Under the pieces are notes generated by a model that saw only the letters and a program-made list of their open reading frames with translations, was not told the origin of the DNA and made no database searches. A stretch of DNA of 64,000 nucleotides, taken from contig MU057796.1 in NCBI GenBank assembly GCA_013265495.1, positions 186,001 through 250,000 on the forward strand, read 5' to 3'. The position numbers and the translations under genes were made by a program. This document shows, piece after piece, positions 50,781 to 64,000 of this stretch (position 1 is the stretch's first letter; every line of letters begins with the position of its first letter). This DNA comes from Vicugna vicugna (taxonomy: Eukaryota).

Positions 50781-53700
50781 ATTTCAGGGTAAGGGAGTCC
50801 TGGATGAGCACTCTCTCTCTCTCTCTCCTTTTTTTTCCCTATCTAAATTGCAAATGTATTAAAATGTTAGCTGTGTAAAGTACTTTTCACAATCAGAGTT
50901 TAAAAACTACACTGGAAAGTCTTAAATGTTGACCTAAAACAGTGTGACTTGAATACTCATTGATCCTCAAATGTGTTATTTACTGATGGGAAAAAATTAA
51001 ATCAAAATACTTAGAACAATTAGAAAGTTCACAGTAATTGAACTCTGCACATTTAAACCCACAATGATGACCACTATTACTATAACATGGTATGAATGTG
51101 TCTTCATAAAACTCACACTGTATCGAGGCCCTAGCTTTCTATATTGCCGGTTTCATTACCTTCAAGAGATTATGGAATATCAGAAGTATGATCTACAATA
51201 ATAACGCCGTGTGTTTCTCTGATGAGCTCAGGGCACTCTGTACACTTTAATTAAATCTCATAATGTCCCTGTGAAATAGGCAAAGGATCAGCAGGAGGTG
51301 AGTCACTGAAAAGTATCCAACTAGAAGACTGGGATATACTTTTAGAAGAAATCCACTTTTATCATTATTGTACCCGTTTCACCCATGAGGAAATGGGGTT
51401 TACTCAGCCAAGGATGATGAGCAATCCCATTTTCACTGAAGGCAGAATACATCCCATAAAAAGGAACCATGACCTCTGAGGCTTCTCCTTTGGGATTCAA
51501 CCAACACTTATTGATGAATGCCTAAAATGAGCACCAAAGAAAATACACACCGCCCTTCTCTTGCAAAAGAACACAGGACAAGAATCCCAGTGTATCATGA
51601 TGTATAATCTCTTCACTTTGATTGGCTGTTTATCAGAAGCTTGGCTGAGTTCTCTCACAGCTGCCTCCCCGCTCCCCTCTCCCATGCTTCCCTCAGCAAC
51701 AGAGAGATGAGTGGGTACCGGTCTTAAGGAGGTCATACTGGGAGAAGAGCTGCTTATGTTGAAGACGCAGTACAAACGGCAGTGCTAGGAACAATGAAAA
51801 GACTAGAAAACAGAGGAAGTCCTGACTCTTGGTTCTACACCTAGGATATTGGTGTAGATTCTAAAGTCAGACTCTGAAAAACAAACAGATGTGCAGTTAC
51901 CATAGATGATCTGGCATATAAATCAACTGTACTTCTTAGAAAGGAAGTTAAAGGGCCCAAATCACTTTAGCAGACTACTCTCAATATTCTACCTTCTGAC
52001 ATCCTAGAAAACACAGTCATGGCTCCCAGGGAAACAGAGATCCCAGTTTTTGGGGAAAAAACATTGGAAAAAAAACACAGATGCTCTCTGTGGTTTTAGG
52101 TAATAATTTCTCATCACTGAAGTCTGAAAAACAAATGGAGATACAAATAATGAAACCCTACAGCAATATTTCATTGTAAGATGGTTATGATGATTCAGAA
52201 TATGCTTTAATATTATCATAAAAGTGGAAACACAAAAATCACAAATGTTGCTGAGAATTTGTGGACCCTCAAGTTTGAGAAAAATTGCTTTAGAGATCAT
52301 CTTTAGTGATGGGTCTAGGAAAGAAGGCAAGACAGCAAATTTTGCCTGGTCCTAAGAGAGTGTGGCACGTGACACAGAAACATCTTTGGGGAATGACTAG
52401 TATTTGATGTACTAAAATAAGAGTAACAAACAGCTTATTTCTCCTCCTGAAAACTGATTTACAAAAATGGTATCCAGGGCAGATCTGTAATAACTACATG
52501 TGTGACAGAACAATAATCACTCTTTCCCAATCTTTAGGATGGCAGAAAAAAAAATGCTCTAGTGGAATTCTAAATTCTCTAGATAACAAGACTCCTAAAA
52601 TTAGGAAAATTCCCTACAGCCAAGTAATAAAATTTTAATTGAATAATCTCTAGTCACATATATGTATTTAAATCTAAAAGGAATATAATATGCTTTGATT
52701 TCCCTCATACAAATAAGGTACCCTAAAAGACTTAGAGAGGTTGTCTAGCATTATATTTTAAAACTTGGTACCTCGGTCATTGCTATTACTTGGTTCCTAA
52801 GAATTCACAGAAAGTTATACATTTTAAATATTATGATTACAACTATTAATCTATATACTTGTACAATTATGAGAACAGAAGTTTCCTTTCCTTGCAGTTC
52901 TAACTGTACTTTAACAATAATGAGGTTATGCCCAAAGGACATAATTTTAATCTCTTCTTTGGATTAGATTTATATCTACAACTTTAATACTTTCAGTAAA
53001 TTTCTTAAATAAAAAAGACATTTTTAACTCAAATTACAAGACTGCTAAAACACATCAAATGATTAGATGTATCTAAATAAGGCATGCTTTTGAATTTAGA
53101 TCAGTTGTTTTAAAGCCAGTAAAATAAATATTTTTATTAACATTAAATATTAAAATGTATAATAGTTATAATTAAAATATGAACATTTCCATTAATGTTA
53201 AGTACTATGTGATCTCACAATTTTTGAGTTGGGAGGGACTGAGGAGATCATTTAATTCAAAGGCTTCAATTTTAGATGCAAAAACTGAATCCTCATCTTT
53301 TGAAGGCCAGATAACCTAGAATAGAACCTAGTTTCCCAGTTGTCAATCCAGTGTTCCTTTTATTTAACCACGTAGATGTTCACTATAAACATCACACTAA
53401 GTTATACTGGTGGCTATTAAGGTGGAAGTGCTGTTCAGAGGGGACATCCCTCATTTGCCTAAGGAAGAAACTATAATTATCCAGGACCAGAAAATCTAAG
53501 CCCAAGTTCAGTGTGGACTGCATGGCTCGAAGCAAGACATTTAAGTGCGCTGTGCTTTCCTTTCCCTAATTTTAAAAATAAGAACCTGAGTCACTGAAAT
53601 TTATCTACCTAAATTGGTTGTTGCAAGAAGTGGTAATAAAAATAACCATAAGGCATACAGCCTGAGTGGGAACTAAATACTTAATAACAAAAAACTCATT

Positions 53701-56700
53701 TCAACTATATTTAAACCAAGGAGTAATAACCACTTTGAGTCATAATTAGGAAGGAGTATGTATTAGCTCTTGTGTGTCCTTATGACATCTGAGCAAGCTA
53801 ATGCAGGGGTGTATCTAACAAGTTCAGTAGCCCTTAAATTTTCCTAGTTTTTCATAATCTATCTTTACGTTGACCTAAGCCATACAGTAATTATCAATTA
53901 AGAACAAGCTAGAACTCTATGACTTATCAAATGCACTGTTCATCACTAAGCAGAGATCAGTGTTAATGAAGTATGTACAGCGTTGCTAAGATTCTGAAAA
54001 ATTTACTATAGACCCATCCTGTAACTGATAAACGCACAGCATGAACCCTGCCAAATACTATTCCCTAATAACAAAATACAGTTTCCTGGGTGACACGTAA
54101 AATTGTCCAGCTTGAGCTGACCTTTAAAAAACAAGCAAAAACTTATCAACTGGATTCTCTTGGCTAAGAAATAGATCTTGCAACTTGCAGGGATGGCGAG
54201 AATTAATAAGCAGGCCTTAAGGTATTATACAATACAAATTTTTGAAGAAAAAATATATATACTATGCATGGAGAATAGTCTGAAAGAAAAGAAAATGCCC
54301 AGGGGTGCTAATATAGGTCATTTCTAAGAGGTAGAATTTTTTTAAGGTTTTCTTTTTTTTCCTTTTTCTCCTTTGTGCTTATCTGTTTTGTCTGATTTTG
54401 AACATGGATTAATTTTGTTGTATTTTTTAAAAGATTACTTACAATGGAAAGAAACTGCTTTATCCTCTTGTGTTGAGGGAGGTAAGGTACTATTATGTCC
54501 AAAAATGAAACAAGGAGGCTTACAATGTTAATGATGGCAGTGATAGGCTGGGAGGTATTTCCAGGGTTCTTGTGTCCTGATACAGGTTTTGGTTACTTTA
54601 GAGGCCAGCAGAGGGGGAGAAGGTTTGGGGAGGCCACTTCGAGGTGAGCGTTCACCCCTAGTAAATTCTAAAGGGCAGAGTTGCAAATGGTTCTAACCAT
54701 TCCTAAGCCTGTACTTGGCATGTATCCCTTCCCACCATTTTCATTTCTGGATTGCATGTCTCCGTCTTAAATTTAAACAAGCATTGCTTTCAATGTTTAA
54801 TTACAATTTAATGGAAATACTACTTGCATTCAAATTAGCTTTTAGTTTTCACATCACGAATGTGCATCCAAGTTATTGTGTCATTATAATCTCATGTTAT
54901 AATGGCTTCATAATGCAAGTCCCTGCAGAGTTGAATTAGTAGTTTCCTATGGTAATCACCCATCACTATAATATCATAATCACATAAGCACAGTCCCCAC
55001 ATGCTTCCACTGCAATCATTTTGACACTGTAAGAGCATTTTAATAGTATTAGCATAGATTCTCCAGAGAAATCATCTCATTGTCACTGCATTACCACAGA
55101 AGATTAATTGTCATGGAGCCATGCTGTTGTGATGCGAACGCTTAAAAAATATTTGTAAAGAAGTGGCGCTCAGCAATAAAGCATTTCACATCTCAGAAGG
55201 TCAGGGCACGTTGCAGGAAGCTTTGCCTCGTGACGCTTAATTGAAGAGATGTCCTTTCACAAGAGGTCAGTGTTTTGTTTCGGTTTGTTCTTCTGTTTGT
55301 TTGTTTAGGACTCACACAACAGTGAGAAAGGAGGTCAGTCCCTCTCTGTGGGATAGAGAGGAAAAGCAGACACGTGGTCCCCATCTTCCCGGAGTTTACG
55401 CTGTAGTCAGGCTTAGCAGCATGTAGGTGAACGCGGTGAACACTCTAATGCTAAATTCTGAAGTCACTGGCAGTACGTGGCTGTGAGTGCAACCATACCA
55501 GGTGCTCCTGGAGAGAAAATGTTTGCCAGTGAATAAAGGGTCAAACAAAGACAGTATGGCAGAAAACGGACCCAGGTTACCAGCGTTCATAAGAGTCTGG
55601 CTGTCATATTTGTAGTCACTAACTCTGGGAAGGACGAACGCCAAAGACAATAGCAGAGGATGCAGCCGCATCTCACCTCAAGGAGGAAGCAAGAAGAGGC
55701 TGTGAGGGGGACTCCTCTCCTCTGCCCGGATCTCTCTCGCTTTCAGCGCAGAGCGTGAAAGCTGCACCTTGATCTTTATTGCTAAGAGAGGAAAGAGTGC
55801 AGGTGCTCTCTCCGAGCATAAGACCAAGCCTCAGAAAAGCACCACCCAGTCCCCGACACTCTCTCTGGTTTGAGGCCAGGGTGTACAGTGACTGTGTTGT
55901 GTCTGTGACAAACAACAGACGCTGCAGGGCCTGGAAGGGCACTGTGTTCATGGGAGGGGCCTCTAATCCTCTGACACTCTCTGGAGACACCGCAGGAGAA
56001 CTGCAGATGGATTATCCTAACTCTCAAGGAATCCTCTCTGCTCAGTGTTCAGTGAGAACCACGTCACACGCAGCATTTAGAACCACGACCGGCCGGTGGC
56101 AGGCATCCTATAGATGCTCATGGATGAAGGAGTAAATTAACGAGACTGGGGAGAAGGCACAGACTTCAGAGCTGCTAGTGGGTCTGAAGACGCAGGGAGC
56201 AGATGTGTTGGAGTCTGGACTCTCTTGTAGCATTAACCGCAGAAGAATCAGCAACCGGCCATGTCTTTTGTGTTTTTCAGGACTTGCCTGCCTTCTAGGG
56301 GATGGCAAATAACAGCATTTCGAGGGGGAATGGTCGCTCATTTTCCTTCTCAAATTACGGGTGCTGGGGAGATCTTAGAACTACTCCGTGGCTCAATTTC
56401 CAAAAAAAAGTAATAACACTTTTTAAATTGGAACACAGTGAGGATACAGATGGGCTCTCTAAGTGCTCCAAGCTGCTTTTACCGACAAACTGTGGAGCAA
56501 TAGAAACTTATTACATAAACAAAATTAGCTGTCCTTCCTCTCGAAGTTATTTTTAATTTCATATGTAAAGTCTATGGCGCTTGCTACTCTGTTCCTCCTT
56601 GAGTTCTTGTTTAGGCATCACATGAAATTAAACTCTCGCTTCCCTGTCTGTTCTCCTCAGTAACTCGTTTCATACATTTTTCATTATGAATTCATATCGA

Positions 56701-59700
56701 AACTTACTTTTTATTACATTTGATTATCAGTTTTTTAATTATTTTATTATTATTACGCAGATTAAAAATCAAGAACTCAGGGATGTTGGAATCCAAGTGC
56801 ACTAAGCATAAGAACAAAATTTTATTATGGAAAATATATCTTGTCACTGCTTAAAAAAATATCACTTTCCCTCTCTTGTGCAAATGTATTCAAAGCAACA
56901 GACACTACTCCTGATACTATGCAATAGGTTAATTTTTTTATTTGATACAAACAAAAGTTAGAAGCTATAAAGTATCTTAAGTGCCACCAAAAATTAATGT
57001 CTACTTACTGTATTTTGAAAATGGAAGAAGGCACCCAGATGGGACAACATACTTCATGAACATATCGCTATTTCCCCAAGAGGAGGAAAAGCCACAAGTT
57101 TACCAACTATATAGAAGTCTACCCTCCCCCCCCAAAGTTGATATGCAAAAAAATGTATTTTTGAGCAAATCAATCTGTAGGCCTGTTTTCTCATTAATAA
57201 AACAAAGGAATTAGGTAAGGTGATCTGTAGGGTTCCTCCCTGATACATCTTCTCTGATTCCATGTGAGGAGGCATTAAGTGACCTCTAAACCAGGTTTAC
57301 AGCTGCTCCCCGTGAGTTCACTTTGTTTAGATGTTCGACAAGTGGGGCTTTACAAGGAGGAGAAAAGCAGGCGGGACATAGTTACACAAGGAATGTAAAA
57401 GCTATTGGTATCTTTCTAATTATTTTCTGATCTCTCATGGGGCAAACCAGACTGTTTTGTAACAAACCACATTACCGTATTTACTTTACTATAAACTTCA
57501 GATTATTACTAGCAGATGAATGAAAAATACCTCACACCCCAGATGATTACTTTTTTATGTTCACTCTTCATTTTGCGTATGACTAAGAGTAACACAGAGG
57601 CACTGGTATAAAATAATGGTGGCTAATTAGCCCTCAAATAAATGATGCTGACTGTCTAAGCAAATGAAAACTCTTGGCTCCTTCCCAAATAACAGCTAAA
57701 ATGATCCATTACCGATGCATATGTGTACATAAACACATATAAGTACATGTGTATACATTTTCTAATGTTTCCACCTTTTCTAACCATCATAGTACAAGGA
57801 CAGAAAACTATTCTGAAAATGACTCTGTGCCAACTTTTACAACCAAGAGTTATTTTAATTTTTAGTGGATGGTGAGGTAAGTAAGAGTCAATAATCTGCT
57901 TGCTTTTTGTCAGTGTTTTCAGAAGGTGTGAAACGTATTCCACTGGTAGTTCAAACTGATTTTAGATAATAGATGGGCATTTAAAAATATTTTAAACAAG
58001 TATTTATTTGTTTTCATGTGTTTTAGAGAAAAGTAATGAACACGGCAAGCCCGTGATTTCATGGATATTAGTGCTTAGGATGAAGCTGAAGGAAAGCAGA
58101 GGGTTGGTTTCGAGGAAAATGCTAAGTAATTAAAGGTAGTACGTAGGCATAGCAAACACTCAAGGATGATATGAGAATGAATCAAATTTGATAAATTTGA
58201 TGAATATTAATAAGTGATGAATTCATTCATTCACTCTGATGAATATTACACTGAGTTTGTGCAAATTAAAGGGCATTTAACATCTCTGCAATGTCTTGTA
58301 ACACATTTATTTTTTCAGGTCTATCGAAAAGCTAACATTTGTTCCTGGGGTAACATCCCCCAGGTCATCACCTTGACTTCTAACTAGGCAGAGAAAGCTA
58401 TTTTCCAACTTTAACTCTCAGACCTTTTCATTGATCCTGTAATTGTCGACATTATTGTAAATGATGTTGATTTTAAAATGTAAGTATGATATTATACAGT
58501 GTAAAGAATATGGGTGGAGACATTATGGTCAGACCTAGTAGAGCTACTTTGTAAGCTTCCAATTTTTATAGAATAAAACTGTAAAGTTTAATCCATCACT
58601 TTTTGTAGACAAACTACATATAAAGAAATTTCCCTTTGGTGCCAATGTTGTAAAATCGTTACATTATATAGGAATAATTAATGAAAACTTATTTGGCCCC
58701 GGTATTACCAATACAAAAAATAAAAATAAAGAAGTGGAAACAGGTTCACCAAAAAAGCTACAGTGTCCCTACATAAAGAACTATGAAAACTCTGCATTAA
58801 AAAAAAATTTTTTTTTGCAATTCTGATTTGGTCTGTGAGATAGCACAGGAATTTAGAAACAGATCCTTTTGACCCCATTGTAGCAAGAAGAAGTAATAGC
58901 AAAGGCCTGTGAAGTATCCCCAAGGCTAGAAACTGTGTATGTTTTGATATTTTAAATCTAACAATTAGATGACATTCACCAGACAAGAATATATACAACT
59001 ACAGAGACCATTTTAGACTTGGACCTCTTGGCTTGAAATATTGTAATTTTTCTACTGAAATACACTGACAGGCAAAAAGCGAAAAGGCTATACCTTGGAG
59101 GGAGGAAAGAAGTCAAAAAGGCATACTGAAACTGGATTTGCTAGAAGCTTCTCTTTCCCTGGATCCCGAACAGGTCACATATGGCTGTTAAGGTCAACGT
59201 CTCAGTAATGTCTGTCCTCCAGACAGCGGGATCTTCACTACACATGCACTCAGCTGCTCCCACTTACACAGAAGAGAGCGGAACTCTTGGAATTTGTTCT
59301 TTCTGGTTGATAATGGGGCAAGTTGAAAGCAACACAGAAGCAAAAGGGAATCAAGTCAGGCCTTAGACTTGCACAGAAATGTGAGTGAGATTCACAAGCG
59401 AGGCCCCAGGACAGTCCCTGATTCTGCCTATGGAGCTGGGAGACCTGGGCTGGGTGCTGGCAGGGAGGGGCAGGCAGGAGGCAGGGATGTGGGGTCTCAG
59501 TAGAGCTCATTTCTCGCCCAGTGTCGGCCTGTAAAGATGCCTCTTGAAACAGCCAAGGACATTTTTATGGAAAGCATGGGCAGAAGGGCTTCAGCTGGGC
59601 ACGGGGCATTGGACGCGAGTGGCCTCCTCTGGAATCCCTGTGTTAAATGGATTTGTGCGGCGGCATATGGAACGTCTCTGAAGTTAAAAACTGAACTTGG

Positions 59701-61048
59701 AGAAACTGCAGCCTGGGAAACTTCGACTCGTGAAATGGTAGACGTGCCACAGACCAGGGAGCCATAAATAAAAAGCGTGTGTCCAATAATCGAGCTTCAA
59801 ACTAGCAAAGATGCCCTTGTATCCTTCCCGAGTAGAGGTTTCAACAATACTTTTCTATGGAGCAACTGGTAGTGAAAACATTCTCCTCACATGTGTATTC
59901 TCTTAAGTGTGCACGCACACCTCATTGTTAAAATTTAATCTGTCCCAGAAAATGTGATGGCATTAAAAAATGCATCCCAGAACTTGTACTTATATAGAAA
60001 GAAGAAATGAATTTTATACATTCATTGTATATAATATATAGAGAGAAGAAATTGATTTTATATGAACATAAAAGCATTTCTTCTCTTTTACAAAATAATT
60101 CATTTATTTAAACTCTTTAATATGGATGTTTTTAAAAGCTCACAAATGTAGAGACTAGTACAGTGAACCCCTGTGTATCCGTCACCCAGCTTCAACAATA
60201 GTTCCAACAACAGATTTTGAAGGGAAAATAATGTTTCTCAGCCCACCAATTATGCTAAATACTACTAACATGCTCTTATAAACCCACATAACAATCCTCA
60301 AAGGATTTCTGGCTATAAGTTTGCTGCAAAAGACAATTTTTCCAAAGAAACAAAAAAAAAAAAAAGACTGCCATTCTATTCTGCAGTTGAACACTGAAAA
60401 GTTTTCCATGATCAGCCCTAGTGTGTGTGGGAGATGGGGACAGGTCACATTGAGGTCTCTGAGGCTTTCACATTCCCGATATTTCTTCAAATACAAGAGC
60501 TTATCTGGTTTCTACTTGGGCCCATCATCTTTCTTCAGAGACTCTTCTGCTTTCTTAGACATTTTTAGCTGATAACACAGAGGCAGTAATTCAGAACACA
60601 TCTAACAGCGGGAGCACAAGACGGCACCCTCGAGGGAGAAGATGTGAGCTAGGACCACAGCGGTACTTTATCTCCTGTTGCCCTTTCTGATGGCCCAAGT
60701 ATGCAGACTTGTCATAGCACATTTTTGATTCAGAGAGAAAAAAAAATTTGTGAGTTATCGTAACAAATATTTGGATGGTTGTAGATCAGATAGCAAGGTA
60801 CACTTGATTATGTCCCTTTCATGGTTAATCATTTAATAAATTATACAGAGTTCATTTAATAATGTGGTTTTAGTTTTATCGAATTAGTTCAGTCTTTTAA
60901 GTCACAAAGTGTAAAGATCTCCTCCAGGTAATGTTAAGAAGTATTAGAGCTGAGTAGACCCTCCCAAGATTTGTAGTTATCCCTTGATTGCTCAATTTGA
61001 TAATCAGAGAAAATGACTAAAATGGTAGTTTCTACAGACCATTATTAT

Positions 61049-61411
61049 TGTAAGCTAGGCTGAACTGTGCCCCTTCCAAACATTCTTCCGTGGAAGTTCT
61101 AACCCCCAGCATCTCAGAGTGGGACTGCATTTGGAGATAGGGGCTTTAAAGAGGCAATTACATTGAAGTGGGTTTGTTAGAGTCGGTCCTAACTGAATAT
61201 GACTATTTTGTGTAGTTCTAAGAAGAGATTAGGACACAGAAAGAAGACCGTGTGAGGACAGAGGGAGAAGGAGACCATCAGTAAGCCAAAAAGAGAGACT
61301 TCAAAAGGAACCAAATCTACCAGAACCTTGACCTTGGACTTCCAGCCTCCAGAATGATGGGAAAATCAATTTCTGCTGTTTATTTTGTTATGCAGCCCTA
61401 GCAAACTAATA
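61049..61411 (+). mobile_element. MLT1A-like solo LTR
   Basis: ggctgaactgtgcccc...atttggagataggggctttaaagagg...ttggacttccagcctccagaa...tttgttatgcagccctagcaaactaatac. Confidence 0.88.
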
Positions 61412-62984
61412 CGGTCAGTAATGGAGGTCATGCAGTCCAAGCTACAGAAGTGGCTTTTAATTACACCTGGGGGTTCCGGGTCTATAAAGTGAGTAGACAA
61501 TCTGTCGAAGGGTCTGGCCAGGCATATGCAGTATAATCTAACCCTTTTTGACAAATGTTGATGCCAATGAGGTGACAGCTCAGTGTATGGTCTCTGACTA
61601 AATAAATCATTATTGCAGTTATTTGTCAGGGCTTAATAGGAAAGCTTGCTGAAAAGTTAAGCAGACGCCACACACAGCGGATGTGGCAGCCGTATGATGT
61701 GAGATACCCCTAAGTTAGGAATCGCATTTTACATTTCCTCCAAACTTTGAGAAATCAAGACTAATGACATCTAACTTTTTCAGATACGTAAGGAATGTAG
61801 CAGCTGAGACGTAGAAACGAAACAGTATAAACATGATAATGTTGAGAGTGTGTGAAAAGAACTTAAATATTTCAAAAATCAATACACATATAATTTTGAA
61901 AATAGTAAGCAATATTAAGAAAGACAGCTTTGTTGGCACACAGTAATACTGATGGTTTTGTGGTTGCAATGAACTTTCAGTTATACAAAGGAGCATTCAA
62001 CTAACAATAATATTTACCAATAGTCTCTTCAAAGTGCTTTTCAAACACTAAATAATTACCCAATTAAGCCACTGCAAGATAAGCTGTTATTACTCCGGAT
62101 TTAGAGAAAAGGACAGATAATTATTATTTTAACAGTTTCTGTGAAGAAGGACTCAATGTTTACCGAACACAACTGTGAGAACAGCCCACCCTTTTAGTGA
62201 GTAGGGAACAGAAAAAAACAAAAGGTTGATTAGCTAAGTGAATTCAGGGGAAGACAGAGACCATTAAGAACTAAGAACCATGACCTGTGAAAACAGGATT
62301 TAACATGCAGAGCAAAGACCAAAATAGGCAGAAAGCTATTTATGAATACTGCCAATATTCAATGTTGCAGACTGACAGTGGAGAATCTTTGGTCATGCCC
62401 TGAACAACATAATTCATCACACCAGTGCTTGGGGCAGTCATGTCCAAGCAATTTATCATCATCATATCACTCGTCTGAGTAAGAGAGGGGGAGAACTTTG
62501 ATTGTGAACCTCTAGGGAGAGTGGATTTATAGTCAACATCCCTAAGAAGGCAGCCTGGCTCTGCCCTAAGCAAAATGCTCCCTGCTTCACTTCTGTTTAA
62601 GTCAGAGGAAAAGAAGGAACATGTGGCTTCCAGGACGTGGAGGGCAACATCTAGGTCTGATCCTCTTAGATCTGAAATAATGTAGCCAGGAAGTCATATT
62701 TAAAGTGCTCTTTGAAGCTGCTTTAAAACATTTAGAAATTAGTCAATGGTAAGTATGAATGATTCATTTCAAGTGTCCCTTGGTGACAAAATAATATCTG
62801 AAATGCATCCACTGATAGATCTAACTACATTGGGAAAGAACTATCCTTAACAATGAACCCATGAACATTCCTCTATATTGGAATACCTGGAAGGATACTG
62901 AAAATTTTAAATATGTATATAAATAAATATATATACAGAGAAGAGGGGGGGATTATGTTTTTCAAAATGAAAACGAGAGCCTTA

Positions 62985-63123
62985 GGAGGGAGGGTGTAGC
63001 TCAGTGGTAGAGTGCATGTTTAGCAAGCATGAGGTCCTGGGCTCAATCCCCAGGACCTCCGTTAAAACATAAATTAACCTAATTACCTCCTCCTGCTGGA
63101 AAAAAAAAACCAAAACATATTTT
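62985..63123 (+). mobile_element. tRNA-derived SINE (vic-1-like)
   Basis: A and B boxes; 15-nt TSD AAAAYGAGAGCCTTA at 62970-62984 and 63124-63138. Confidence 0.92.
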
Positions 63124-63432
63124 AAAATGAGAGCCTTAATTTTATCCCTTGTGGGCACTGAGCCTTTGTGTATTTTATACTTCAACACCGGCTGCCTGCC
63201 CTTTCAGAATGTAGTTAGACATCTAAATGCCATTTTTGCCACTTTTGATTAAAATCATAAAGCTGACTTGAGTGTCATGGAAACAAGTCCACCTGCTACC
63301 TCATCAACAGTAAGAGGAATGTTGGTCACAAGAGCAAGCTTTTTACAGCACCTTTGTGCTTAGGTTCCCAAGGTGTCTGGTAGACCAGAAGCCAGTAATC
63401 CCTGGAGGCATGCGGCTCAGACCTTACCTGAG

Positions 63433-63770
63433 TGTATTGGTCAGGACAGGCTAGGTTATGTTGCTTTAACAAACAAATCCCCAAATCACAGGGTCTAAAT
63501 ATAACAAAAGCTGATTTCTGGCTCACACTGTGTGTCCAGTGCAGAGTGACGGGGACTCTGCTGGTTGTTTTCATTCCATGACCCAAGCTCACAGAACAGC
63601 CACTACCTAGAAAATTGGTGGTCATTGTAGTGGAGGGAAAGAGAGTGGGACAAATCTCTCACTGGCTTTTAGAGAATCCGCCTGGAAGTGACACAGGTCA
63701 CTCCACCTATATTTCATAGCCTCATTGAAAGAGGGCAGAGAAATGAAGGACACTTAGGACTCCCACGCCC
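63433..63770 (-). mobile_element. Old MLT1 (J/K/L-like) solo LTR, same orientation as PTER
   Basis: Minus strand ends ...gcaacataacctagcctgtcctgaccaataca, the MLT1 3' terminus; upstream gtgacctgtgtcacttccagg motif. Confidence 0.75.
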
Positions 63771-64000
63771 AGCAGGCAGAGACATTTGTACCCAAGGAGA
63801 TAATGCTTTCATGAAGCAGGTCATCAGAACCACAGAGCCAGGTTAGGCCAGGTGACCAGGTGGGAGCAGGCCTTTTATTTTTCTTCTTTTTCCTTTAATT
63901 TATTTTTAAGTGCGAGAGAGATGTCTGTAAATGAGGAGGCTTTTTTTTTTTTTAAATGAAACTTATTTAAAGAAAAACATGAACCACTGAGAACAGAAGA

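Noticed and set aside
60824..60836. HNF1-like site GTTAATCATTTAA
   Set aside because: One perfect half-site only, in AT-rich DNA; expected by chance in 64 kb.

Overview
This is mammalian genomic DNA, probably camelid, judged from four tRNA-derived SINEs that resemble the camelid vic-1 family. It contains two convergent, intact protein-coding genes. C1QL3 (+ strand) is represented by the end of coding exon 1 (<1-65, inside a CpG island), a 5.86 kb intron and the last coding exon (5930-6109). PTER (- strand; phosphotriesterase-related protein, reported as N-acetyltaurine hydrolase) has all four coding exons at 37129-36698, 35354-35089, 16860-16720 and 9487-9277. These total 1050 nt (349 aa plus stop) with canonical GT-AG introns and all six metal ligands intact. 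The PTER first exon and promoter were not found, so 37169-64000 is most likely 5' intron. The rest is intronic sequence with L1, L2, MIR, MLT1 LTR and SINE insertions plus microsatellites. I do not see a new biological system here. The best leads are three. First, head-on poly(A) signals about 35 nt apart could make the C1QL3 and PTER 3' ends meet or overlap. Second, a sense-oriented MLT1 LTR with a dead poly(A) signal and a strong splice donor 5 nt past its end is a candidate alternative PTER first exon. Third, there is a near-consensus CTCF site at the edge of the CpG island. Several retrotransposition structures are also well resolved. Repeat family names and boundaries come from recognition by eye and are approximate.
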